NCBI GenBank assembly: GCA_030390025.1
Contig: CM059432.1
Span: 17,796,001-17,860,000 of the forward strand
Direction of reading: 5' to 3'
Source: Squalus acanthias
Lineage: Eukaryota
Length of the DNA: 64,000 nucleotides
Shown here: positions 1-13,085 of the stretch, one piece after another
Position numbering within the stretch: position 1 is the first letter of the stretch
Layout of the letters: every line of letters starts with the position of its first letter
Position numbers and translations under genes: made by a program
The notes under the pieces: generated by a model
Database searches by the model: none
Seen by the model: the letters and a program-made list of their open reading frames with translations, nothing else
What the model was told of the DNA's origin: nothing

Positions 1-604
1 CAGCGACGCCCACTTCCCATGAACGAATTTTAAAAAAAACATACCACCCCAAGTTTGAGACAATGGGGGCTATTGAGCATATTCCAGAACTGTTTGCATC
101 TTTAACGTTAGAATGGCCTTCATTTAATGCACCTAGCAGGGGACTTAGCTAAACAGACAAGGTTGTTGCCATGGCTCTCCTACCGAAGAGGGAGGTTTCT
201 TATTGAAGGTGGTAGCTTTGATTGGCAGCTCAGCAAGCAATGCTTGACACATAGGACCGTCTTCTAATTCTCTCTCTGGACAGAGTCTTGGGCACACTGT
301 GCCTGGAACAGTCCCAGAGGTCTCAGCTTCTCTCCAGTCAGTATAGAATCATAGAATCATACAGATCAGAAGGAGGCCATTCGGACCATCGTGCCAGTGC
401 CTGCTCTTTGAAACAGCCATCAATTCGTTCCACCCCACTCTGTTCTTAACCCTAACCACGCAGCCTGTAATAGGGAGATGTTAGTGGCAGTCAATTCAGG
501 GAGTGAGTTTTCCCATAACACAGGGTATATTTCTATTATTTTGATGATAGGAAGAGTAGTAGGGAATTGACTGAATCTCTGTGTAAAATGATGTTCCGTC
601 CATT

Positions 605-990
605 CATATCATCATCATCGGTCTGCCTGAGGCAGGTTCTGGCTCAATTCTTCCTTCTCTAAAGCACTTTGTCATGTGTCTCTCGCTTCAATGCTCCAAA
701 CTATCTCCCATTCTTCAGGTGGTCCGGAGAAGCATCCTTCTTTTCCTTCCTCTCGGTCTTTTTCCTGCCATCCATCCTCTTAACACCTTTTTCAATGTCC
801 CGTCCCCTCTCAGAACATGCCCAATCCAATTAATTTGCTGTTTTTCTGAAGTCAATCTAACTTAGTTTTATTCTGTATCATTACCTCCACCTCCTCCTCA
901 TTAATTTCCTTATCTATCCACTTGAATTTCTCCCTGCATCTCTAAACCTACATCTCAAAGCCTGACCACCTCTTTCCTTGCAGCTGATAA
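605..990 (-). mobile_element. RTE-clade LINE 3' fragment
   Basis: Minus strand reads QINWIGHVLRGDGTLKKVLRGWMAGKRPRGRKRR, a typical RTE RT C-terminus. (TCA)n tail near 607-618. Confidence 0.65.
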
Positions 991-1049
991 GAGCTTTCTA
1001 ACGTGTCATCTTCCCCTCATCAGCAATACCTTCAGGCTGTGGACCTTAG

Positions 1050-2020
1050 GGCCGTGTCCTTTTTTGCCCTTCTTCTTCTTCTTCATTCACAGAGAGAAGG
1101 AGCAATGCTTTACAAATAACATAATTATAAAACATATAGCATGCCACTTTTATTCTTGAAACTCTTTCGGAGCTGTACGGTTGTGTTCCCTCAGACCTAC
1201 CTAGGCACCTGAAGAAACCCAATGGTCAGCTTAACTGTGATCTTGATGAACTAAGTGCTTCATTGTACATATTCTTCTCTGCTGTTCCTGGATGCCCAAG
1301 TGGGGTCATCACCCTGGTTACAAAGGGTTGCCAAGTAATCACCCACTCACATGCCTCTGGACGAATAATTTCGAGATAGTGGACTGGAGAAGTTCAACGG
1401 CATTGTGGCACACATTCACATGAAGAATTATGCGGCTGTCATCACACGCCAGCTGAACATTGAGGGCGTGCAAACCTTTCAGTTGATACATTTCAGTGGG
1501 TGCTGAAATGGAGCCTTAATTGCCACATGTGTCCCACCTATGGTACCCTGGATCTGAGGAAATCCAACCATTCTGTGATATTAACTGTGAAACCTCCCTG
1601 AACGGCTTAAAGTGGTGGTGCCCCGCAGACTGACTAATGCGACTTAGGTCACCCACGGCAACCTGGAAAGTATCTGATGGCGTAAAAATTCAAATCAATG
1701 ATTACTTTTACAGCCACGGACAGGGCTGATTGAAAATAGGCTGCAATTTAGGGGTCAGCAGCTAGCTTAACTCAGGTATTGCATCAGGTGGGAAGCGTCT
1801 GAGAAGTCAAGGAATAAACTCTCACGTTAGGCCCCCTATTTGCATATGCAAAGAGCTTAACGCCTGTTTCAGGCACAGGCCCTGGACGCCTATACTTCAT
1901 CCTTTACCCATATGACAGGTGGCGCAGAATGTGCGCACGCATGTCGCCCGCCATATTGGATATCGAGCCACCTATTTTACGCCTGTAAAACGGGCGCTGT
2001 GTCAATGAATTAGTAGGCCC
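1050..2020 (-). mobile_element. Degenerate PIF/Harbinger element (HARBI1-like transposase remnant)
   Basis: Minus strand near 1500-1560 reads PQIQGTIGGTHVAIKAP (cf. GAIDCTHV). Right end ggccc followed by TAA at 2016-2023. Left end uncertain. Confidence 0.65.
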
Positions 2021-2384
2021 TAAAGTTTTCCAATATTTTTTTAATTTGGCACAGAGTTTTCCTGCTGTAATTTTACTCCTTCTGAGGTTTAAATGCCTAT
2101 AAACAACACAAAATACTGTCAACTCCTCAAAACCCTTCACAATCTCCTTCTGCTTTTGGGATGTCCTAATAAAATTGACAGCACCATTTTTAAAGTGGGA
2201 TGGGTAAAAAGGTTGACCCGGGAGGAAAATGGTGTCGTGGTTGGAGGGCCTGGCCTCTCGCCGGCACTTACAAGTGGTGGGATGGGCAGCGGATGGGCGG
2301 GCTCAGCTCTGATGTAGAGAAGGCCAGGTGTTACAAGGCCAGGTGTTATTGGCTGTGAGTGCCCGTGCCTCTGTGGGGACATCT

Positions 2385-2817
2385 TAGGTGCCTGCCGGCT
2401 CCCGGTTAAGCAGCGCCTCGATTTCAAAATTCTCATCCTTGTTTTCAAATCCCTCCATGGCCTCGCCCCTCCCTATCTCTGTAATCTCCTCCAGCCCCAC
2501 AACCACCCGCAACCGAGATATCTGCGCTCCTCTAATTCTGCCCTCTTGAGCATCCCTGATTATAATCGCTCAACCATCGGTGGCCGCGCCTTCTGTTGCC
2601 TCGACCCAAAGCTCTGGAATTCCCTGCCTAAACCTCTCCGCCTCTCTTTCTTCCTTTAAGACGCTCCTTCAAACCAACAAGCTTTTGGTCACCTGCCCTA
2701 ATTTATCCTTATGTGGCTCGGTATCAAATTTTTTGTCTTAAAATACTCCTGTGCAGCGTGTGTGACGTTTTACTACGTTAAAGGCGCTATATAAATACAA
2801 GTTGTTGTTGTTGTTGA
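2385..2817 (+). mobile_element. L2 LINE 3' end
   Basis: WLPVKQRLDFKILILVFKSLHG-type coding remnant and tail aaggcgctatataaatacaag(ttg)n. Confidence 0.9.
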
Positions 2818-3351
2818 TAGAGGCTGGGAATCCTGACGTTTGTAAACTTTGCATCAACAAATCTTCTTTTCGGGGTCTGGGCCACGATCCCGGTATGCCT
2901 GGGCTCCTTCGGCATAGCGGCTCGCCAATGCTCAGCCAGCCTTGTCCACTGCTGGCAGAAGCGGCAATGTAATGGTGAATGTATTCCCAGAGCAGAGAGC
3001 TGGGAGTGAGAAAGGGTATTAATGAGCCAGCCAAGAATGGTTTTATCCAGGTGCAGTGGTGGGGGGGTTGCCAGGCTAAGGCTATCTGGGTGTCGGGAAA
3101 GTGCAGGGGACATGGATGGTGAGGGATAGAAAGAAATGATCAGAGATGTTCTTATCATCCATCAGAGACTTGTTAACTCTTCCATCATCACCAGGGCATT
3201 CAAGTAGTAATGTATCATCACTACAAGACTGCCAGTATGCAGTCTGCAGTCGACTACTGATAATTAATACATAATAAGGAGAATCAAGGGATTCAAATGA
3301 TGCGATAAACTCTGAGACTAGGTGAGTTCTGATGAAGGAATACATTTAAAG

Positions 3352-3812
3352 AAAGTAAGACTTGCATTTATTTAGCGCCTTTCACGACCACCGGACATCT
3401 CAAAGCGCTTTACAGCCAATGAAGTACTTTTGGAGTGTAGTCACTGTTGTAATGCGGGAAACGCGGCAGCCAATTTGCGCACAGCAAGCTCCCACAAACA
3501 GCAATGTGATAATGACCAGATAATCTGTTTTTGTTATGTTGGTTGAGGGATAAATATTGGCCAGGACACCGGGGATAACTCCCCTGCTCTTCTTCAAAAT
3601 AGTGCCATGGGATCTTTTACATCCACCTGAGAGAGCAGACCTCAGTTTAACATCTCATCCGAAAGACAGCACCTCCGACAGTGAAGCACCTCCTCAGCAC
3701 TGCACTGGAGTGTCAGCCTAGATTTATGTGCTCAAGTCCCTGGAGTGGGACTTGAACCCACAACCTTCTGACTCAGAGGCGAGTGTGCTACCCACTGAGC
3801 CACGGCTGACAC
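3352..3812 (-). mobile_element. Full-length tRNA-derived SINE with L2-type tail (SacSINE1/DeuSINE-like)
   Basis: Minus-strand head gtgtcagccgtggctcagtgggtagcac (A box) and gggttcaagtccc (B box). Further copies at 17090, 57690, 58020, 58305 and 60780. Confidence 0.85.
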
Positions 3813-4577
3813 TTCAAATGATAACCTAGCTCTCTCTTTCAGACGCTGATCGTCCTATTATGCATTTCCAGCACTTTCGCTGGTTATTTTAGAATTCCAG
3901 CATGTATGATTTTCCTTCATCTCCCGAGTGGTGTTGTTCACCTCCCCAAAACAAAAATCAACAGAAACAGGGAGGGAACAAATAAAATTTGCTTTGCTGT
4001 GCCACCTAGTGCTCAGAGCCTGCAACTGCACACACAACGCAAAGCAGATTCCGTTCCCATCTACTTTCCCTGTAAAATAACTGGTATTGTGTGTGTGAGC
4101 GAGACAGGGAAGAGTGGCACCTTTAACATTAAAAATATCTATCATAGCATCACCTACAGGCATAACAGGTACTGCAGGCACTTATCATAGGTTCTGGATG
4201 AAATGCGTGCCCCACGTACCAAATTTTACATAGAAAGTAGATCGTAAGAATATTTGTTACTTTATAAGGGATTCCTACATAATTTCCACATTGATCTTAC
4301 AAGGCATTGCTCATGGATAAGAAAAAACATATTTACTGCATGTGCTGAACTATATATTTCTTGCTATTCCATTGCTCACCTGCCTGTACAACATCGCTTT
4401 ATTATTTTTTGTAACCCTTTCAATCTCAGATTAAACCCGCAGAGGTGCAAAGGTTTATTCTAAACCAATTTAAAAACAAATACTTTGAATCAGAACCGCT
4501 TCCAGTTTTGCACCACTTCAGTAGTTTGTTTCTAAGTCTATTGTTTTGTTTTAAATGTATTGGATTGTTTTAAATCG

Positions 4578-4830
4578 GATAGAGAATTCGGGAGCAACTT
4601 CTTTACCCAGAGAGTGGTGAGAATGTGGAACTCGCTACCACAGGGAGTGGTTGAGGCGAGTAGCATAGATGCATTTCAGGGGAAGCTAGACAAACGCATG
4701 AGGGGGCAAGGAATAGAAGGATATATTAATGAGGTTAGATGAAGAGGGCTGGGAGGAGGCTCGTGCGGGGCATAAAGACCGGCATAGACCAGTTGAGCGG
4801 AATGGTCTGTTTCTGTGCTGTAACTATGTG
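4578..4830 (+). mobile_element. CR1 LINE 3' end
   Basis: NFFTQRVVRMWNSLPQGVVEA motif plus CR1 3' UTR. Confidence 0.85.
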
Positions 4831-7800
4831 TTGTTCACGAACTGATGCTATATAAAAGTCTGTTGTAGCTGCTCTGTGATGTCATTATGTCGTTTTGCTG
4901 TCATTCCTCTTATGTAGTTACTTGTAAGCCTCGGGAACCAATGACAAATGAGATTTTTAGTTACATTGTTCTCATGGACCAATCGCAGCACTCAATAACA
5001 ATAAGCTGGGGTTACCATGAAAACAGGCGTGTAGTTACCAGGGACCAAACAGAATCCTTGTTTCCACCTAGTCTACCTTTTGTAACATGGTCCAGAGTCC
5101 TGGTAATACGCTGGACTGGATTGGCCAAGTGATTAGTTGGGTCAATGAGATTGTTTAAAAGATCATTGATTTAGTTATTTTCTTGCATACTTTTTTTTAC
5201 ATCACAAGCGAGTAAAGGCACCCGTGATGCGACTGGTCATATTGTGCATAATGGCACACTAAAGTGGAGGATTGGGAGAAAGCGATGGATCAGATGGTGA
5301 GAGCTGGAGGTGGGTGATACTGGGATTGCCTATCAGAGGAAACATTTCTTTTCCTTGTGTGAGAGCATCCCTAGACATTGTACTGAAATGTTAACGCTTC
5401 ATAGCACTTACAGCGCAGAAACAGGCCATTCAGCCCAACAGTTGTATAGAGCCATCTATTGGTCAGAAATTGGATTGGGAAACAAATACTATCGGGGCGA
5501 TTTTAACTTGTTCAGCGGTGGCAGTGGCCCCAAAAAGGTCACTTACTGCCCCATTTACACCGGCGCTCTGGCTGACACCATCTTGGGTATGGGGGTCCTG
5601 AGATGAGCGGCCTGCTTCTGGCGGAAGGCCACTTGTAATATACAAATCGTGATCCTATGACTTACATGGGACCCCCATTGCAATTTCGAGGTACCAATGT
5701 GCGGAGCATGCGCGGCACATACTCTACCGATTATGCACTAGGCTTTAAGTGACCCTGGCTATGCTTAATATTTCTCAAAATAATGACTCAGGCAATTTTA
5801 TGCTCTCAGGTGGACCTGACTGAATATCTTCACTCTGGGGCTTACAATCTCTTATATCATAGAATCATAGAATGGTTACAGCACGGGAAAAGGCCATTCG
5901 GCCCGTTGAACCCGTGCCGACTCTCAGTTAGTCCCACTCCCCCTGCCCTTTCCCCGCAGCCCTGCAATTTTTTTTCCTTCAGATTCTTATCCAACTTCCT
6001 TTTGAAAGATAAGATTGAATCTGCCTCCACCACCCTTTCAGGCAGTGCATTCCAGAGCTTAACCACTCACTGCGTAAAAAGTTTTTACTTGCATCGCCTT
6101 TGGTTCTTTTGCCAATTACCTTAAATCTGTGTCCTCTGGTTCTTGACCCTTCCGCCAATGGGAACAGTTTCCCTCTATCTACTCTGTCCAGATCCCTCAT
6201 GATTTTGAACACCTCTATCAAATCTCCGCTCAATCTTCTCTGCACCAAGGAGTACAACCCCAGCTTCTCCAGTCTATCAACGTAACTGAAGTCCCTCATT
6301 CCTGGAATTATTCTCGTAAATCTTTTCTGCACCTTCTCTAAGGCCTTCACATCCTTCCTAAAGTGTGGTGCCCAGAATTAGACACAATAGTACAGTTGGG
6401 GCCAAACCAGTGTTTTATACAGGTTCATCATAATTTCCACACTTTTGTACTCTATATCTCTATTTATAAAGCCCAGGATCCCATAAGCATTTTTAACTGC
6501 TTTTCTCAACCTGCCCTGCCACCTTCAACGATTTGTGCATATATACCCCCAGGTCTCTGTTCGTGCACCCCCTTTAGGATTGTACCATTTCGTTTATATT
6601 TCCTCTCCTCATTCTTTCTACCAAAATGTATCACTTCACACTTTTCTATGTTAAATTTCATCTGCCACGTGTCTGCCCATTTCACCAGCCTGAAGTCTAT
6701 CACTCTCCTCCTCACTGTTCACTATGCTTCCAAGTTTTGTGTCATCTGCAAATTTTGAAATTATGCCCTGTACACCCACGTCCAAGTCATTAATATGGAT
6801 CAAGAAAAGCAGTGGGGTCCGAGTACCAACCCCTGGGGAACACCACTGTGTACCTTCCCCCAGTCGGATAAATAACCATTCACCACTACTCTCTGTTTCC
6901 TGTCACTTAGTCAATTTCGTATCCATGCTGCCACTGTCCTTTTTATTCCATGGGCTTCAACTTTTCTGGCAAGCCTATTATGTGGCACTTTGTCAAACGC
7001 CTTTTGGAAATCCATGTACACCACGTCAACCGCATTACCCTCATCACCCTCTCTGTTACCTCATCAAAAAACTCGATCAAGTTGTTTAAACACGATTTGC
7101 ATTTAACAAATCCGTGCTGGCTTTCCTTAATTAATCCACACCTATCCAAGTGACTGTGAATTTTGTCCCTGATTACTGTTTCTAAAAGCTTCCCCACTAC
7201 CGAGGTTAAACTGACTGGCCTGCAGTTGCTGGGTTTATGTTTACACCCTTTTTTGAACAATGGTGTAACATTTTCAATTCCCCAGTCCTCTGGCACCACC
7301 CCTGTATCTAAGGAGGATTGGAATATTATTGCCAGTACCTCCGCGATATCCTCCGTCAATTCCCTCAGCACCCTAGGATGCATCCTATCCGCTCCTAGTG
7401 ATTTATCTACTTTAAGTACAGCCAGCCTTTCTAATACCTCTTCTTTATCAATTTTTATATTATCAAGTGTCTCCACTACCTCCTCTTTCACTAAGTCTAT
7501 GGCAGCATCCTCTTCCTTGGTGAAGAGAGATGCAAAGTACTCGTTTAGTACCTCAGCCATACCCTCTATCTCCTTTTTGGTCCCTAATCGGCCCCACCCT
7601 TCCACTTACTACCCTTTTATTATTTATATGCCTATAGAAGACTTTTGGATTACCTTTTACGTTGGCTGCCATTCTATTCTCATACCCTCTCTTTGCCCCT
7701 CTTATTTTCTTTTTCACTTCTCCTCTGAACTTTCTATATATAGCCTGATTCTCAGATGTATTTGCAACCTGACGTCTGTCATACGTGCTCTTTTTCTGCT

Positions 7801-8969
7801 TCATCATATTGGATATCTGTTTCAGCATCCAAGGAGCCCTGACTTTAGTTGCCCTACCTTTTCCCCTTGTGCAATGTACCTTGACTGTACCTGAACTATT
7901 TCCTCTTTAAAGGCAGCCCAATGTTCCACTGCAGTTTTGCCTGTCAATCTTTGATTCCAGTTTACCCAGGCCAGATCCGTTCTCATCCCACTGAAATTGG
8001 CCTTCCCCCAGTTAAACATTCTTACTCTAGATTGCTCCCTGTCCTTTTCCAGAGCTAATCTAAACCTTATGATACATCGAAACATAGAAAAAATAGGAGC
8101 AGGAGTAGGCCATTCGGCCCTTCAAGCCTGCTCCGCCATTCAATATGATCATGGCTGATCTTCTATCTCAATACCATATTCTCGCTCTCTCCCCATACTA
8201 TGATCACTATTCCCTAAATGTTCACCTACTGACACTTGCTCCACTTGACCTACCTCATTCCCCAGAACCAGATCCAGCAATGCCTCCTCCCTCGTCGGGC
8301 CGGAAACATACTGATCAAGAAAGTTCTGAACACACTTCAGAAATTCTTCCCTTTCTCTGCCCTTTACACTATTACAATCCCAGTCTATATTAGGATAATT
8401 GAAGTCCCCCATTATCACTACTCTATAGTTCTTGCACCTCTCTCTAATTTCTCTGCAAATTTGCTCCTCCATATCTTTCCCACTAGTTGGTGGTCTATAG
8501 AATACACCTAGTAGTGTAATGGCACCTCTATTATTTCTTAACTCTAGACATATAGATTTTGTCCTTGACCCCTCCAGGACATCCTCCCTCTCCAGCACTG
8601 TAACATTCTCCTTAACCAATACTGCCACACCACCTCCTATCTTTCCTTCCCTATCTTTCCTGAACACCTTATAACCAGGAATATTTAATACCCAATCCTG
8701 CCCTTTTTTGAGCCTTGTCTCAGTTATTGCCACAACATCATATTCCCATGTGTCTATTTGTGCCTGCAGCTCACTTACCTTATTTACTACGCTTTGTGCG
8801 CTCACATACATACACTGTAAACCCATCTTAGAGCATCCTGTATTCTCTCTTAGTTTGACCCCACCTAATACCTTACTTTAGTGCTCTCTGCCTCTCCCAA
8901 TCCTTTGAGCACTTTATTTCCCCTTTCTAATGTTACATCCTGGTGCCCATCCCCCTGCCAAATTAGTTT

Positions 8970-10052
8970 AAATTGAGAGGTCGCACAACACCAGGTTATA
9001 GTCCAACAGTTTTATTTGAAATCACAAGCTTTCGGAGCTATCGCTCCTTCCTCAGGTGAAGTAAATTGGATACAGAATCGCCAGAGCATATATAGATGGA
9101 AAAAAAAGCATGTGTACTTTACAATTGCAGACCAATAAATTAAATCATCCTGACTATCTGCCGAGGTGTGATAAAGTTAATTAAGTCAGCCAGGAAGGTA
9201 CCACATCAAAAGACATAGCAAGATACAACTGAGACAATGAGGTGTAGTCGCAGGGGTTCCAACGTGTCAAAAGCTGCCGTCTGTATGTAAAACGAAAAGC
9301 TTTAAAAAAAATTTACTTTTTTACTGGGAAAATTTTTACTTTTTTACTGGGAATCACATCTGTGAACAAGCTAACGACGACTCGAGTCCGGATCACGTCA
9401 TGTATCGTGACATAAACCCAAGATCAGCAGTCAAGGACATTCAGCCTCGGATCTGCGGGTAAGCGTTCTCCAAGGCAACCTTAGAAACACACGACAACGC
9501 AAAATCATCGAGCAGAAACTGATAGCCAAGTTCCGCACTCATGAAGACGGTCTCAATCGGGATCTTGGGTTTATGTCACGATACATGACGTGATCCGGAC
9601 TCGAGTCGTCGTTAGCTTGTTCACAGATGTGATTCCCAGTAAAAAAGTAAAAATTTTCCCAGTAAAAAAGTAAATTTTTTTTAAAGCTTTTCGTTTTACA
9701 TACAGACGGCAGCTTTTGACACGTTGGAACCCCTGCGACTACACCTCATTGTCTCAGTTGTATCTTGCTATGTCTTTTGATGTGGTACCTTCCTGGCTGA
9801 CTTAATTAACTTTATCACACCTCGGCAGATAGTCAGGATGATTTAATTTATTGGTCTGCAATTGTAAAGTACACATGCTTTTTTTTCCATCTATATATGC
9901 TCTGGCGATTCTGTATCCAATTTACTTCACCTGAGGAAGGAGCGATAGCTCCGAAAGCTTGTGATTTCAAATAAAACTGTTGGACTATAACCTGGTGTTG
10001 TGCGACCTCTCAATTTTGTCCACCCCAGTCCAACACCGGCATCTCCGCATCA
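8970..10052 (+). mobile_element. 5'-truncated Penelope-like retroelement with inverted pLTR (456-bp inverted repeat)
   Basis: 8970-9425 is the reverse complement of 9561-10016. The spacer and start of the right arm encode a GIY-YIG C-terminus (HSASDLRVSVLQG...RKIIEQKLIAKFRTHEDGLNRDLGF). Target duplication aaattagtttaaa at 8960-8972 and 10053-10065. Confidence 0.92.
9927..9964 (+). ncRNA. Minimal type I hammerhead ribozyme motif (Penelope pLTR); mirror copy on minus strand 9022-9059
   Basis: tcac-CTGAGGA-a-ggagc(gata)gctcc-GAAA-gc-TT-gtga: stem I, conserved core, stem II and palindromic AAGCTT in place of helix III. Confidence 0.8.
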
Positions 10053-12794
10053 AAATTAGTTTAAACCCTCCCCAACAGCACTAGCAAACCTCCCCGCGAG
10101 GATATTGGTTCCAGCTCTGTTGAGGTGCAACCCGTCCGGCCTGTACAGGTCTCACCTCCCCCAGAACTGGTCCCAATGCCCCAGGAATCTAAAACCCTCC
10201 CGCACCATCTCTCCAGCCACGCATTCATCTGCTCTATCCTTCTATTTCTATACTCACTTACACGTTGCTCCGGGAGTAATCCGGAGATTACTACCTTTGA
10301 GGTCCTGCTTTTTAATCTCTTTCCTAGCTCCCTAAAATCTGCCTGCAGGACCTCATCCCTCTTTCTACCTATGTTGTTGGTACCGATATGGACAACGACC
10401 TCTGGTTGTTCACCCTCTCCCCTCAGAATGTTCAGCAGCTGCTCAGAGACATCCTTAACCCTAGCACCAGGGAGGCAACATACCATCCTGGAGTCACGTC
10501 TGCGGCCGCAAAAACGCCTGTCTGCTCCCCTAACTATTGAATCCCCTATCACTATTGCTCTCCCACTCTTCTTCCTCCCCCCTGTACAGCTGAGCCACCT
10601 GTGGTGCCGCGGACTTGGCTCTGGCTGCTCTCCCCAGAGGAACCATCGCCCTCACCAGTATTCAGAACAGAATACTAGTTGGAGAACGCAATGCACTCCG
10701 GGTACTCCTGCACTACCTGCCTAGTTCTCCTTTTCTGTCCGGCGGTCACCCCTTCCCTCTCTGCCTGCACACTCCTTATCTGTGGGGTGACCACCTCCTG
10801 AAACATGCTATACTCTTATTGATTATTAATATTACTCTTCACATATCCCTGTGGATGTTGACCACTTTGATATGGCAGCGCAGGTTCAGTCTCCAATTCC
10901 TGCTTGCTAACAATTACAACTGCGTAAACAAACTAAAATCTTCATTCCGAGTTGCAGAACACAACTGGCACTACAGCTCACCACAAACAGATCACTATCC
11001 AGATCCTAACAGTAAAAACCCTAAATATGGAGATCTCAGTGTAATTTTTCAATTAAAGTTTCTTGAAACTTCATAATTCCAACCCCAATTCCTGTTTTAT
11101 TTCCAAACTCTGGCAATTCTGAAAGTGCTGTGATAGGAATGCTCAGATAAAGCCAGTTAATATATTCACAGCAAGAATAAACACCGAGAATGAACACCGT
11201 ATCTCAAAAAAAGCTTCTGCGTCTAATCTTGACGAAAATTTACCTGCACAAAAGACAACTTTTGGGCATGCTCCAGAAAGTTCTTTGAGGAGAATTTTTT
11301 TTATTTTTTTAAGGAGGCTACATTTTAGTAGCTGCCTTATTTTATATAGATTTTTACAGGAATAAACTATGAGCACACCTGTAATTGCAGCTCTCAGGAA
11401 CCATCAGCTCATCTGAAAAGATTTCTGCCTCACGTTTCTGCACAAACCAACTGTGGGATAAAGTAACGTCTGATTGGTGGCTTCAGTCCAGCCAGTCGGA
11501 CTGGTTGATGCTGACAGCTTCCAATCCAAGCTGGGGAAAAAAATGTGTATTTTTCCTCACGAAATGTTGACAAGGTGACACTTGGGTTAAAACGCAGACT
11601 GTTAGCTTAAATTTCCAATGGTTGGCATGTATGATAAAGCATCAGACAGCCTCCTGTTCAAATAGACTCACCAACCTGTAGAGATCTGGAAGCAGTAGCT
11701 ACTTTTGGACTTTGTAATGAGGGAAAAAATACAAATTTGGTACAAAATAGGAATTTTGAGATTCTTTAGTCAATGGAAATATATATTGTAGTTCCTTTTG
11801 AGGTCGGTGACTGTTACGCCTTGCTTTAATTAGGTCACAGGACTACTTTGAACAAGCACTTTATCGACCAGCTTGGTTCTCCAAGTCCAAGAAGTTCTTT
11901 TGCTGCCAGTGATTCAATCAGTTTCCTCTGTTGTTGATCCTATTATTCTGGCAAAGGCCCAAACCAGATATCTTTCTGAGAGAGCATGGAAGCCGTTCCC
12001 AGTCAGGCATTGATGGTTGAGTTAGAGCTGCCTTTCACTACTGGCTTGTGACTCTTCTGTATTTCCTAGCATTCTGCAAAGACTAGAAAGTCAGATAAAT
12101 CACTAGCACATACGAGATTCCTTGGTGGGAGACTGGCAGGACCCCCAGAGAAATGGCAGAGACCTTGTTATGCCAGGCTTCCACTGTTTCTGGGAGTTTC
12201 CTCAGTAGCTCATGAGAGGTAGAACTTTTGCCCGCCCCCTTGAAGGCAAATGACAGGCCGAAGGTTTCCCTAAGCCAGGAATTTCCACTCCTGAGCCTGG
12301 AACAGGATCCAGAGTTGCCGTTGGTGACCAGTACACCCAGTGAGGTGAGATGTACCGGCCTCCACAATGGTCCATCTGGGGGCCCACTGGTGGAATCTAT
12401 GACAGGTAATACACCAGGACTTCTAAAGGACTACAAAGATTTTTTTCTGGAAGGCAGCCAGATTGACCCCCTAGCTGATCAGACTAGTGTCGTGGTCCAG
12501 GGAGTTGCACGGGCAGCATGGAGATGCTAGATACGAGACCAAAGTTTCCTCATGCTAAAAAAAGGTGCCCTCCAACTAACCCTGCAAACATTGGTGAGGT
12601 TAGAGCTGGAGGTCATCATTGGGCACAACCAAAGCAAATTCAGGTCCATGGCCTTTTGTTGTTACCAAAATTTCCTATGTTCTTATATTTGAGCAGGAGA
12701 GTAGTGGTGTGGTGGGTTAATATTGGGTCTAGGCTGGGCTAGAAGGGTTAGAAATGTATGTCTGTTTTGTTACCTCTAGTGTAGAGGTTTACAT

Positions 12795-13085
12795 ATTACA
12801 TAGAATTTTATAGCACAGAAACAGGCCCTTTGGCACAACAGGTCCATGCCAGTGTTTATGCTCCACACGAGCCTCCTCCCACTTTACTTCATCTCACCCT
12901 TTCAACATATCCTTCTATTCCTTTCTCCTTCATGTACTTACCTAGATTCCTCTTAAATGCATCTATGCTATTCGCCTCAATCACTCCTTGTGGTAGTGAG
13001 TTCCACATTCTCATCACTCTCTGAGTAAAGAGGTTTCTCCTGAATTCCTTATTTGGACTTATTCATGACTACCTTATAATTATGG
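12795..13085 (-). mobile_element. CR1 LINE 3' end
   Basis: Reverse complement of the CR1 tail type seen at 4578-4830. Confidence 0.8.

Larger units (their letters stand above)
5855..10810 (-). mobile_element. Near full-length, frameshifted CR1 LINE with nested insertions
   Basis: ORF1 SGNH-esterase domain (IGDSIVRG, VHIGTN) 10061-10552; APE endonuclease (ITET, MGDFN, SDH) 8149-8826; RT pieces 5979-7828; (TTCTATGA)n-type tail near 5855. Interrupted by a CR1 tail (about 8078-8198) and a Penelope (8970-10052). Confidence 0.92.

Noticed and set aside
3740..3812. tRNA gene
   Set aside because: tRNA-like head of a multi-copy SINE, continuous with the SINE body.
7163..7894. 243-aa + strand ORF and similar antisense ORFs (10125-10724, 37217-37603)
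   Set aside because: Antisense shadows of CR1 and Penelope coding sequence.
11410..11550. CCAAT-like cluster as a promoter
   Set aside because: Only two true CCAAT matches and no supporting exon or other motif; too weak to call.
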